A DNA stretch of 25,813 bases. It comes from a virus (taxonomy: Duplodnaviria > Caudoviricetes). Shown here one piece after another: positions 8,353-16,785 of the stretch. The notes beneath the pieces were generated by a model. That model made no database searches, was not told the origin of the DNA, and worked only from the letters and a program-made list of their open reading frames with translations. Both the position numbers and the translations under genes were made by a program. Each line of letters starts with the position of its first letter. The first letter of the stretch is position 1. The stretch lies in the IMG/VR virus record IMGVR_UViG_3300020042_004016, positions 1 to 25,813 of that record; one strand, given 5' to 3'.

Positions 8353-8532
8353 CTAGCGAATTATTACCGTTGTATTTTGGCTCGGATTGATTACAATTTG
8401 CGTCCCACCGCTTACCGTTGACCCTATCCCTTGCTGTGATAATTCGCCCTCACAACACTCTTTGCGATACTTACCGTCCTTGCATAAGCAACCACGTTTT
8501 CCCCCTTTAGGTGATGTTGTTCTTGTTGGCAT
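8353..8532 (-). CDS. Small Cys-rich protein (59 aa) not in the ORF track
   Basis: MPTRTTSPKGGKRGCLCKDGKYRKECCEGELSQQGIG...IIR*; starts 1 nt after the upstream stop and ends just before the promoter motif. Confidence 0.75.
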   Translation of the reverse strand: MPTRTTSPKGGKRGCLCKDGKYRKECCEGELSQQGIGSTVSGGTQIVINPSQNTTVIIR

Positions 8533-8533
8533 A

Positions 8534-8896
8534 TTATTTTCTTAAAAAGTTTACTGCGTCCATATCCCAATTATTGCCATAAATACTTGAAACGCTTGCT
8601 TTTAACTTAAATGCTGGGTCGTTTTCCAACCCTAATTCTTTTGATTTTTTAAAAATATTGTCGCCCTCATTTTTCAGCTTATCAAAATCAGATATTAATT
8701 TTTTATCTAATGCTTTAAATTGACTTTTAAATGCACTAACTTTTTTTATTAAATCAACAACTTGTTCGTTTTCTTTTTTAAATAATTCAATTTTATTTTC
8801 AAAGTCTTGAATCATTCCTAACTCAACCAATTGACTATCCAACTTTACCGCTTCTTTTTCAGATAGCTTGTTGATAATTTCTAAACTTGTTTTCAT
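8534..8896 (-). CDS. Hypothetical coiled-coil protein, possible internal head protein
   Basis: 120 aa, Lys-rich and helical; between protease and scaffold. Confidence 0.7.
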   Translation of the reverse strand: MKTSLEIINKLSEKEAVKLDSQLVELGMIQDFENKIELFKKENEQVVDLIKKVSAFKSQFKALDKKLISDFDKLKNEGDNIFKKSKELGLENDPAFKLKASVSSIYGNNWDMDAVNFLRK

Positions 8897-8907
8897 TTTA
8901 TTATTTT

Positions 8908-9906
8908 TTATTTATTTAAAGCGTGATATAAATATTGGCTTTCTTCCGTGTGTTCTTTACCAGTCATTAAACGACCGTCTTTATCTTTATGTGTTTCTCC
9001 GTCCCAAATTTTACCGTCAATAGTATAATGGATTTGACCCTCTTCAAGTTCTTGCTTTCTAATTTGCTCTAATTTTCTACTTGCCCACTCAATACCTGCA
9101 TCGCCACCCCAACAAAGCCACATCAATCTTCCGCAACCGTCCCCTAATTCCTTTTGTGAATTTTCTTTGTGACGTGCAAAACTTGCCATCCGTGCGATTG
9201 TTTCACGGCTTATGTTTTGTCCGTTTGCCAACATATTGGCTCTTTTTTTTCCTACGGGTGTTCCACAATCACCCCACCCGTTTTCCTCAACCCAACGAAG
9301 TGCTATCTTTGCATTTTCCGTTGCTTGTTCTGGGTAGTCGTTGTATGTTTCTAAGTTGATTTCTTTGCGTAACAATTCTGCTACTTTCTCACGTGCTGAC
9401 ATTTCGTAACGTTCTGCAAAATAACCCTCGATGCTGAAACCTTTTAATTCGCCGTCTTTTACTTTTTTCCACGTTTCGTCGTTATCAACTTTCATTGCAA
9501 TCATCCACGTTCCTTTTGGTAAATCGAAACCGTATAATTTAGATTTATCCATTTCGGCATCTTCAATAATCCACGATTCTACGATTGTCATTCCGTCAAC
9601 TTTAACAGCGTGTTGCTCCGTTGCGTTTTGATGTTGACCTCGCATAAATACCAACTCACTTGCACGTTTTACCGTTGCCTCGGAAAAGAATATTTCGAAC
9701 TCTTTATCTTTATCTTTACGGTAAATTTTCTTATTTGGAATTAAAGCCGCACCTAAAACAATCCGCTTTTCATCAATTGCTTTAAGTTCAACAAAGTCTT
9801 TTGAAAGTGCAATAAAATTTTCTTCCATTGCAGGTTTTTCAACAAGTGAAACAGCAAAAACACCATCTTTCTTTTCGTCCTTAATTACTAATTCGTAAAC
9901 TTCCAT
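8908..9906 (-). CDS. XkdF-like prohead serine protease with two appended domains
   Basis: AVSLVEKPAMEENF, GAALIPNK.IYR, ESW, LPKGTW and KGFSIEG motifs, followed by ~160 extra residues. Confidence 0.8.
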   Translation of the reverse strand: MEVYELVIKDEKKDGVFAVSLVEKPAMEENFIALSKDFVELKAIDEKRIVLGAALIPNKKIYRKDKDKEFEIFFSEATVKRASELVFMRGQHQNATEQHAVKVDGMTIVESWIIEDAEMDKSKLYGFDLPKGTWMIAMKVDNDETWKKVKDGELKGFSIEGYFAERYEMSAREKVAELLRKEINLETYNDYPEQATENAKIALRWVEENGWGDCGTPVGKKRANMLANGQNISRETIARMASFARHKENSQKELGDGCGRLMWLCWGGDAGIEWASRKLEQIRKQELEEGQIHYTIDGKIWDGETHKDKDGRLMTGKEHTEESQYLYHALNK

Positions 9907-9913
9907 AACTATA

Positions 9914-9939
9914 AAACTATAATTGTGACGTTTGTTGCA
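9914..9939 (-). promoter_or_regulatory. Putative late promoter TGCAAC-N13-ATAGTTT
   Basis: Overlaps the 3' end of the tape measure gene; 7 nt before the protease ATG. Confidence 0.7.
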
Positions 9940-11965
9940 CTTTCATATCGAACTGTTGTGCGCTCGTTATGTCGTTACTTACAACGTACGCTTTTACGGG
10001 TTGTTGTTGTAATGTCGCTAATTGGTTTATTCCCGTATTACCTACAACGTTAAGATTAGGTGCGATAATACTTGAAGGGTTTGGAACGTCAACACCACCA
10101 CCACCGCCACCACCACCAAATTGAGTGCTTGCAATTTTAACAACCGAAGCTAAACCCGTAGCACCTGCAATTCCTGCTTCAACAAATCGTTGTCCTGGAA
10201 ATAAACTATCTTTTGGGTTTAAAGCTAAAGCTGAAGTTACTGCTAAAGCTGTATTAACCAATGCACTTGAAAGATTAAATGCTTTTGCTATTTTAAATTG
10301 TTTACGTGCTGTTGCTTCGTCTTTAGCATTGAACGATTCTATTAGTTGACCTATTGCTCCAAAAGCGTCCGCAGTTAATTGTAGTTGTGTGTTTCTAAGT
10401 AGTTTTTTACGTGCTATTTCATCTTCATCTAATTTTCTTTTCTTATCTGCTGTATCTTTTTCAATTTGTAATTCAGTTGTTCGTGTGTCTGATAATAATT
10501 GTATTCCGTCTTTTGCTGATTTAATTTCAGCCATTGACGTGTCCCCTAAATACAAAGCTAAATTTTCTGCGTCCATTTTACGTTGCGCTTCACGTCTTTG
10601 CATTTCTGAATCGTCAATTGTGTAAATTTCTTCGTTAGTTTTTTTAGTTACCTTACCCGTTTCAATTCTTGCAATTTGTATATCCGTTTCAGTATTTAAA
10701 ATTGCTTGTTTCATTTCAGCGATAGCCGTTAACGTTTCCTCAATCATTTCATCGTTAATGCCACCTACATTCGTTGCTCTTAAAATTTGTAAGTTCAAAC
10801 GTGCTTCTTTGATTAGTTCACGTTGATTTGTTAACGAACGTTTAAGCTGTAATTTCTCTAATGCCTCCGTTGATTTCCCTTGCGCTTCTAATAACTTAAT
10901 TTGGCGGTCTATATTTCCCGTTTCTTCGTCGTATGCTTTTTTACGTGCTTTGCGTTGTTCTTCACGTTTCGCAAGTTCTTTGTCAATACGTTTTATATTT
11001 GCGACGTGCCTTGCTGACATATCACGCTCGTTTTTTGTGTCGATAACATTGAAGTATTCAAGTGCTTTTATCGCTCCATAAATAACACCAATAAGAGGGA
11101 AAAATATACCTATTAAAACTTTTATTCCCGTTCCTAAATTATCGAAATAGTCATACGCTTTAATTACGTAACCTGAAAGTTTTGTAACAACCGCTGTTAC
11201 TTTGTCAAAATTTGCAATTAGTAAACCTATTAAAACAACTATTGCACCGATTCCCGTAGATATTAAAGCAATTCTAAACAACTTCATCGCTGTTGTTGCT
11301 CCACCCGTAACCGTTGCAAGTCCACCCGTTGCACCCGTTAAACCAACTTTTGCTGTTGTATCTGCTTCGGTTACCAATACGTTTGTCGCTGTTTCTTTAT
11401 TCGAAACACCCATAACAAAGTTGTAAAGGGTAGTGTAAACAGTTGTTGATTTTACAACCGCTCCCAACTGTTTAAACGCTTTTCCTGCATCTTTTAAACC
11501 CTCCAAACCTTCCGACAAAGCCATTGCACTTTGAACGCGTAAAATTGCTTGTTCAACTTCTTCGCTTTCAACACCAATAAGCCCCAAAGCTCCTTGATAG
11601 ACAGCAAACCCACTTGTAACACCTCCGAGTGCGCCTGACATTTTTTGTGTCATTGTAGTGGCAGCTGCATCAACTACTTTGTCAGTTTCAATTTGTATTT
11701 TTCTATAATCGGCAACCGTTTTTAATAAATCTTTATATTCTTGAGAAGCTGTTTGTCCTGCAGCTGCAAGTTCATAAAGCATGTCTTCGGCTTCACCCAT
11801 TCGAGAAGTTAACGGCTGTAATTCGCCGTATACATCAGAAAATGTTTTATTTACATCTTTTGTTGTATCAGCTGTTTCTTTTAAAGATTGATTTAAAGAG
11901 TCTAAATCCTTTTCAACTTTTTTAAAATTGTCTTTAATTTCTATTTCAATAACCTTTTTTTCCAT
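9917..11965 (-). CDS. Tail tape measure protein
   Basis: 682 aa; long helical Ala-rich and coiled-coil segments, central hydrophobic region (ALISTGIGAIVVLIGLLIANF), C-terminal VKAYVV motif. Confidence 0.85.
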   Translation of the reverse strand: MEKKVIEIEIKDNFKKVEKDLDSLNQSLKETADTTKDVNKTFSDVYGELQPLTSRMGEAEDMLYELAAAGQTASQEYKDLLKTVADYRKIQIETDKVVDAAATTMTQKMSGALGGVTSGFAVYQGALGLIGVESEEVEQAILRVQSAMALSEGLEGLKDAGKAFKQLGAVVKSTTVYTTLYNFVMGVSNKETATNVLVTEADTTAKVGLTGATGGLATVTGGATTAMKLFRIALISTGIGAIVVLIGLLIANFDKVTAVVTKLSGYVIKAYDYFDNLGTGIKVLIGIFFPLIGVIYGAIKALEYFNVIDTKNERDMSARHVANIKRIDKELAKREEQRKARKKAYDEETGNIDRQIKLLEAQGKSTEALEKLQLKRSLTNQRELIKEARLNLQILRATNVGGINDEMIEETLTAIAEMKQAILNTETDIQIARIETGKVTKKTNEEIYTIDDSEMQRREAQRKMDAENLALYLGDTSMAEIKSAKDGIQLLSDTRTTELQIEKDTADKKRKLDEDEIARKKLLRNTQLQLTADAFGAIGQLIESFNAKDEATARKQFKIAKAFNLSSALVNTALAVTSALALNPKDSLFPGQRFVEAGIAGATGLASVVKIASTQFGGGGGGGGVDVPNPSSIIAPNLNVVGNTGINQLATLQQQPVKAYVVSNDITSAQQFDMKVQQTSQL

Positions 11966-12104
11966 AATGCTTTCTTAATTCTTGTTTGAATATTTTTTTA
12001 CTTGAACTACTTAATTCGTTCAATCCTTTTGCTATGTCAATTTCCTTTGACTGCTTAAAATGGTCGCTAACTTTTAGTAGCTGTATTATATTTTGTATTC
12101 TCAT
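11946..12104 (-). CDS. Small basic protein (52 aa) not in the ORF track
   Basis: MRIQNIIQLLKVSDHFKQSKEIDIAKGLNELSSSSKKIFKQELRKHYGKKGY*; A-rich leader; overlaps the TMP start. Confidence 0.7.
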   Translation of the reverse strand: MRIQNIIQLLKVSDHFKQSKEIDIAKGLNELSSSSKKIFKQELRKHYGKKGY

Positions 12105-12116
12105 AATTTATTTTTA

Positions 12117-14336
12117 TTAATAACAAGATTCAACTTTAAACGCTTGTAAACCTGAACCCTCTTCAATTGTGTAAGTACCGAAAGGACATTCTGTATCTAA
12201 ATTAAGCATTGCTCCATAATCAAAACCCCACGTATCCACAGTTGACGACCATCTTAACGTATAAGTTTGTCCGCTAATTGCTATTTCATAATAAAGTTTT
12301 CCGTCAATTGTTCCACTATTTTGAACCTCCACTGTAACGGGGCTTCCACCTACTAAAGTGTAAGTTACTTTTATACATTCGCAATTGGGTTGTATCGTTA
12401 CCAATTCACGAATTAAATTCATTTTAACTTCGCCGTTGTTCAACGTGCTTGAAATATCGTTAATCAAATATCGTTTGTCCTTAATAATAATTTTATCATT
12501 CATTTTTAATTTCGCAAGTGTGCCAGTTGGTAACATAGCTGTAAATGAGAACAACCGTTGCTGTAAGTCGTAAAGGTTGCCTAAATGATTAGCATAATAA
12601 GTTTGGTAAAGGCTATTCGGCTCGGTTTCTTGCGTTACGATGTTAAATTCATTACCAAAGCAAAGTGAAAAACCCGTTGTGTTAACGCTGTTAAATAATG
12701 CGTAATCTGTTATGTTTACTTCGGTACTTTCTTTTTTGAATTTAAAAGCTGAAGTTGTTTCGCCACTAAAATAAAGTAGCATCGGTTCTGGAATATAGCT
12801 ACTATTGTTTTCATCTAAGCAATAAGAACAAAATAAATTAGTGTTTGCGATTTCTACAAATTGATTATTTTCAAAAGGTAAATCAATTTTAAATTCACTT
12901 CCATCGTAAAAGAAACTTGCATCTAAATTTCCGTATTGACGATTAAATAAACTTAAAAAATTCTTATTTGTAAACGATTTGCTTTCTTTATATCCAAAAG
13001 AAATTTGTTTGTAAAGTGGTAATTTTTTTATTCCACTTGAATTTAAAACGTATTTCGTTATGTCTTTTTCAGTTCCTAAATTATACCAATCTTGTAAAGG
13101 CTCTATTGTAAATGTCGTTTCATTTTCCCCAACGCAAACTAAGTTAAAAGTTTTCAATATTGCTGAAAAGAAATCCGCTATTTTAATCGTGCTACTGAAA
13201 GCACCTGAAATATCGTTAACAACTAAAGTAATAGGGTCTACAATTGCTTTGTCGAAAAATTGTGCTCCTCCCTCATAAGATACTGTAAATCTTAAATCGA
13301 AATTAACGGTTATTGATTCATCTGAATATATATAAATTTGATAATCATTAATTGCTACACTTGGTGCTGTTGCGAAAATCGTTAAACCAGTTACTCCAGT
13401 TTCAACCGTTGTAGTTGAAAATAAAACATTATTTCGATAAACTTCTACAAACAATTTTGCTGAACCTGAACTTCTTGTAAGGTTGATTATTTCAACTTCG
13501 GTTCTATATTCCTCTTTTATTGTAATTACGCTCGTTGTTGAATTTATAGAAATTTGCGAACTTTGAGGCGCAGGAACTGAACCGTTTGGAAAACTAACTA
13601 AATGTTTATTTGATAAAACATTAAACGTTTCCGCTAATTGATTTCTGAAATATAAATCCGTCCATCTTGTTGAACTGAAAAATGTACTGTTAAAGGTAAT
13701 TCCAAATTTAGTTTCTATGAAATCAAATATTTTAGAAACACGAACCGCAGGAAACAATTCTCTATAACTAATTCCTTTTGTAGCTTCAAAAATATTATCT
13801 ACATTTCCAGCTACATTATTCCAAAAACGTTTTGGCGAAATCAAAGGAAATCTAACGTTATAACTTGTTGTTCCGTCTTCAAGTCTATTCTGAACGGCTT
13901 GCCCGTTGTAAGTGAAATTTAAACTTGAATAATCTAAATCCTTTAATTGTAATTCTCCAAACCTATCTTTTAAACTTGTCAACGCACCGAAGAAATTTAA
14001 CGAATAACTTACAACTTGACCGTCTTTAATTACCGCTTCATTCAGTTGTATTTTACCAACTCTAAACGGCATCGTTTCAATTTCTATAAAAGCGTCACGT
14101 CTTAAATTTTGGTCGATAGTTGGCACAACATCACTTTCATACCAATGTTGGAAAATAGCGTTGTTTCTTGGTGATGCAGGAACTAAAAACGATTGTGAGA
14201 AGTCGCTGAATACTTTGCTAATATCTTGAACGTTTGCAACGGAACTATTAACCGTAACAATTTCATCTTTGAACAAATCAACTTGAACCCCCTCAATAAA
14301 CAGTTGCAACTTCGTCATAAGCAAATTCAAAATCAA
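12117..14336 (-). CDS. Large tail tip/hub protein (likely start at ATG 14318)
   Basis: N-terminal VDLFKDE...FSDFSQSFLVPASPRNNAIF motif typical of tail proteins; adjacent to TMP. Confidence 0.7.
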   Translation of the reverse strand: MILNLLMTKLQLFIEGVQVDLFKDEIVTVNSSVANVQDISKVFSDFSQSFLVPASPRNNAIFQHWYESDVVPTIDQNLRRDAFIEIETMPFRVGKIQLNEAVIKDGQVVSYSLNFFGALTSLKDRFGELQLKDLDYSSLNFTYNGQAVQNRLEDGTTSYNVRFPLISPKRFWNNVAGNVDNIFEATKGISYRELFPAVRVSKIFDFIETKFGITFNSTFFSSTRWTDLYFRNQLAETFNVLSNKHLVSFPNGSVPAPQSSQISINSTTSVITIKEEYRTEVEIINLTRSSGSAKLFVEVYRNNVLFSTTTVETGVTGLTIFATAPSVAINDYQIYIYSDESITVNFDLRFTVSYEGGAQFFDKAIVDPITLVVNDISGAFSSTIKIADFFSAILKTFNLVCVGENETTFTIEPLQDWYNLGTEKDITKYVLNSSGIKKLPLYKQISFGYKESKSFTNKNFLSLFNRQYGNLDASFFYDGSEFKIDLPFENNQFVEIANTNLFCSYCLDENNSSYIPEPMLLYFSGETTSAFKFKKESTEVNITDYALFNSVNTTGFSLCFGNEFNIVTQETEPNSLYQTYYANHLGNLYDLQQRLFSFTAMLPTGTLAKLKMNDKIIIKDKRYLINDISSTLNNGEVKMNLIRELVTIQPNCECIKVTYTLVGGSPVTVEVQNSGTIDGKLYYEIAISGQTYTLRWSSTVDTWGFDYGAMLNLDTECPFGTYTIEEGSGLQAFKVESCY

Positions 14337-15435
14337 GTGTATAATTTAAATCTTTTTTGTTAACTATCTTAAATAAGTCAGCATCGTTTGTTAATATTTT
14401 TGCAGGTAAATTATTAACCATTATTCTTTCAGATAACATTAATTGTTCAATGATAAACTTAAAATTTTCATCAACTGAACCGCTGTTAACTGTTATTTTT
14501 CTGCGAGCGTTTCGATTCATTTGCCTTGTTTGACCGTCTGAAACAGTCCATTGATTTACCGTTGGAACGGCAGTAAGGAAATTATAATCTTCGCTTGTTG
14601 TTGTAATTTTATTCGTTGATGCTTTAAAGAAAAATACTCGTTGCCAACCGCCTGATTTATTTATGAAATCAATCGTTACGGGTGTGTATCTACATTCTGC
14701 TAACGGTTTAATAATAAACGACTGTAATAATACATTTGTAGGAGAGTAAAATTCTAATAAGTTTCCACCGAAATAATAATTTGTGTTTGGAAAACTTGGG
14801 CTTTGCCAAATAACAGGAATGTCGCAATATCGTTGGTTTACTGCGTCTATATTTGTTGTTTGTGTTTGTGCCGTGTTCGCTAAAGATGTATATTTTACAT
14901 ACGCCGAAATTCCAATATAAGCTGTAATATAACCTGGAGAAAGCAATCCACTTGGCACGCTCGCCGCACTTGTTTGAGGATAATAAAATGTCATTCCACT
15001 TGGATAAGAAAACAAAGGAAACGCACTGTTAAAAGTTGTTACTTCATTGTTCCACGGCAATATAGAAAGCACGGCACTATCAACATAAGCACGATAACCG
15101 TCAAAAGAGCGGTAAGTTCTTGTATCTAATAAAGTGTAAGTTCCTGAAACGTTTTTATATCGCTTAACTTGAACGTATGCACTCGCGCCACTTGGCGTTA
15201 AAGTTGCAGGAACTGTTAACGTTCTAATATTTTGATACGTGTTACTAATAAATTCACGAACAAAAGGCGTTACGTTGTATCGTGTAACGTTATTCGTTGC
15301 ACTTGGGTTATTCTTTTCAAGTGTGTAAGTTGCAGTTGCGGGAAAAGTAGATGTTAAACTAATAAACAATTCTACCTTTGAACCAGTTTGCCCCGACTCA
15401 CTTACTTGAACTAAAAACGGCGTTCTTGCGTACAT
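14293..15435 (-). CDS. Tail structural protein (distal-tail-like)
   Basis: 380 aa, beta-rich; C-terminal FINKSGGW...NSG...QLMLSE motif; lies in the tail cluster. Confidence 0.6.
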   Translation of the reverse strand: MYARTPFLVQVSESGQTGSKVELFISLTSTFPATATYTLEKNNPSATNNVTRYNVTPFVREFISNTYQNIRTLTVPATLTPSGASAYVQVKRYKNVSGTYTLLDTRTYRSFDGYRAYVDSAVLSILPWNNEVTTFNSAFPLFSYPSGMTFYYPQTSAASVPSGLLSPGYITAYIGISAYVKYTSLANTAQTQTTNIDAVNQRYCDIPVIWQSPSFPNTNYYFGGNLLEFYSPTNVLLQSFIIKPLAECRYTPVTIDFINKSGGWQRVFFFKASTNKITTTSEDYNFLTAVPTVNQWTVSDGQTRQMNRNARRKITVNSGSVDENFKFIIEQLMLSERIMVNNLPAKILTNDADLFKIVNKKDLNYTLDFEFAYDEVATVY

Positions 15436-16000
15436 TTTCTTTAATTGCTATGTCAATAATATTACTGACGGTTAATACATAAGGGTTAATTAATTCAGTT
15501 GGTAATTTCTTTAATTTAGTTTCGATTGCATCACTAAAAAACATCGTTGGCTTAATACCACGATTGTAAATATTTCCTGCTATTATTTGCGCTATTGTTC
15601 TATAATTACCTTTCTTATATTTGCCTTCTTCGTCTCTTAATCTTATATTTTTTCGCTTTGCCCAAACTTCAATGTTTGTAACAAAACTTTGCCAACTTCC
15701 TGCATAATTTCCAGAACCAAATTTAAAACGGCTATTGGGTGCTTGTTGTCCTTTTATCTTTGCATTCTTTGAAACTTTGCTTGGGTCTTTACCTCGAACC
15801 CCTTGGTCTTGAAAGAACCCGTAATCTTCCATTTGAAAGCCTATGCGAATAGAATTAGGATAAACCTTACTTTCGCCTTTAATTGAATTATAAAGTTTCT
15901 TAGAAGCGTTCTTTTTGCGCTTAGTTAAATTCGTTCTTGCTTGTTTTACAACTCCATCAACGAACTTTTGAAGTGCTTTTGCTCTTTCGTCTTGACTCAT
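15398..16000 (-). CDS. Basic neck/tail-completion protein (HK97 gp10-like)
   Basis: 200 aa, very basic; ASKKLYNSI, YGFFQDQGV and GIKPTMFFS motifs. Confidence 0.55.
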   Translation of the reverse strand: MSQDERAKALQKFVDGVVKQARTNLTKRKKNASKKLYNSIKGESKVYPNSIRIGFQMEDYGFFQDQGVRGKDPSKVSKNAKIKGQQAPNSRFKFGSGNYAGSWQSFVTNIEVWAKRKNIRLRDEEGKYKKGNYRTIAQIIAGNIYNRGIKPTMFFSDAIETKLKKLPTELINPYVLTVSNIIDIAIKENVRKNAVFSSSK

Positions 16001-16263
16001 TTCGTTAAGCGTTTAAATTCTCGTTGCTGTAAGTCATCGCTTTGTTTCGTAAACGTGAGAAAAGTAAGGCACTTTCTAAGTCCCAATTTGGTAATTTCAT
16101 CGAATCTTGTAATGTCGCCTTGAGCGAGGACGTGTAAGCTTCCATACCACCCCCATTGCTTTCCAAATTGAGTTCTTTCGCTAAGTGAGTTTTCATTTCC
16201 TGCGTTGTCTCCGTCTCCAAAAATGTCAGGGTAGCTTTCAATAAGTCTTTTTCTAAAGTCCAA
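15997..16263 (-). CDS. -1 frame extension of the tail assembly chaperone (gpGT-like C-terminus)
   Basis: Opens exactly at the T9 slippery run and has only a TTG start; its stop overlaps the next ATG (ATGA). Confidence 0.75.
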   Translation of the reverse strand: MDFRKRLIESYPDIFGDGDNAGNENSLSERTQFGKQWGWYGSLHVLAQGDITRFDEITKLGLRKCLTFLTFTKQSDDLQQREFKRLTK

Positions 16264-16751
16264 AAAAAAACATTCGCTCCTTTAACAATTTGCAACGGTG
16301 CGAACTTCATTAAGTCGCTGTATTCATCACTTCCGTTATAATCGTGAATAGTATAACGGTCTTTAAAAGTTTCCTTAATTGGTCGATACATAACCGCCAT
16401 TGCTTTGTGGAATGTAGAAACATCTTGTAAGTATTTCTCTAAATCCACGTATTCGCCAAAACTAATCTCTTCTAAATTTGGAATAAAACCAAACTCCAAA
16501 TCTTTAATTTTAAATCGTTGTTGAAACGTTCCTTCTGCTTCTAAAGTTTTTGTTAGTGAAATTATTAATTCGGTTAAATCGGTCATTCGCATTTTAGCGA
16601 TTGATTTCAATTCTAATCCCGTAAAACATTGCACCATTGTTTCCATTAAAAAATCTTCGTCGTCACTATTTTGAGAAACGTTAACGAATTTTTGATATGC
16701 GCTAAGTGGTATTTCTGCAATCGATGTTGGTATGTTTATTTCAAGTCTCAT
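16005..16751 (-). CDS. Tail assembly chaperone (gpG-like)
   Basis: 248 aa; FGFIPNLEEISFGEYVDL and HKAMAVMYRP motifs; contains GTT TTT TTT TGG (V-F-F-W). Confidence 0.7.
   Translation of the reverse strand: MRLEINIPTSIAEIPLSAYQKFVNVSQNSDDEDFLMETMVQCFTGLELKSIAKMRMTDLTELIISLTKTLEAEGTFQQRFKIKDLEFGFIPNLEEISFGEYVDLEKYLQDVSTFHKAMAVMYRPIKETFKDRYTIHDYNGSDEYSDLMKFAPLQIVKGANVFFWTLEKDLLKATLTFLETETTQEMKTHLAKELNLESNGGGMEAYTSSLKATLQDSMKLPNWDLESALLFSRLRNKAMTYSNENLNA
16261..16271 (-). other. Programmed -1 ribosomal frameshift site (T TTT TTT)
   Basis: A run of 9 T (16262-16270) in the correct X XXY YYZ phase joins the two overlapping ORFs. Confidence 0.75.
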
Positions 16752-16758
16752 ACCTTAT

Positions 16759-16785
16759 AAACTATAAAGTTTAATAAATGTTGTA
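16759..16785 (-). promoter_or_regulatory. Putative late promoter TACAAC-N14-ATAGTTT
   Basis: Overlaps the end of terL; 7 nt before the chaperone ATG. Confidence 0.7.

Noticed and set aside
10094-10118. CCA/CCG triplet run
   Set aside because: It simply encodes the poly-Gly linker of the tape measure protein.
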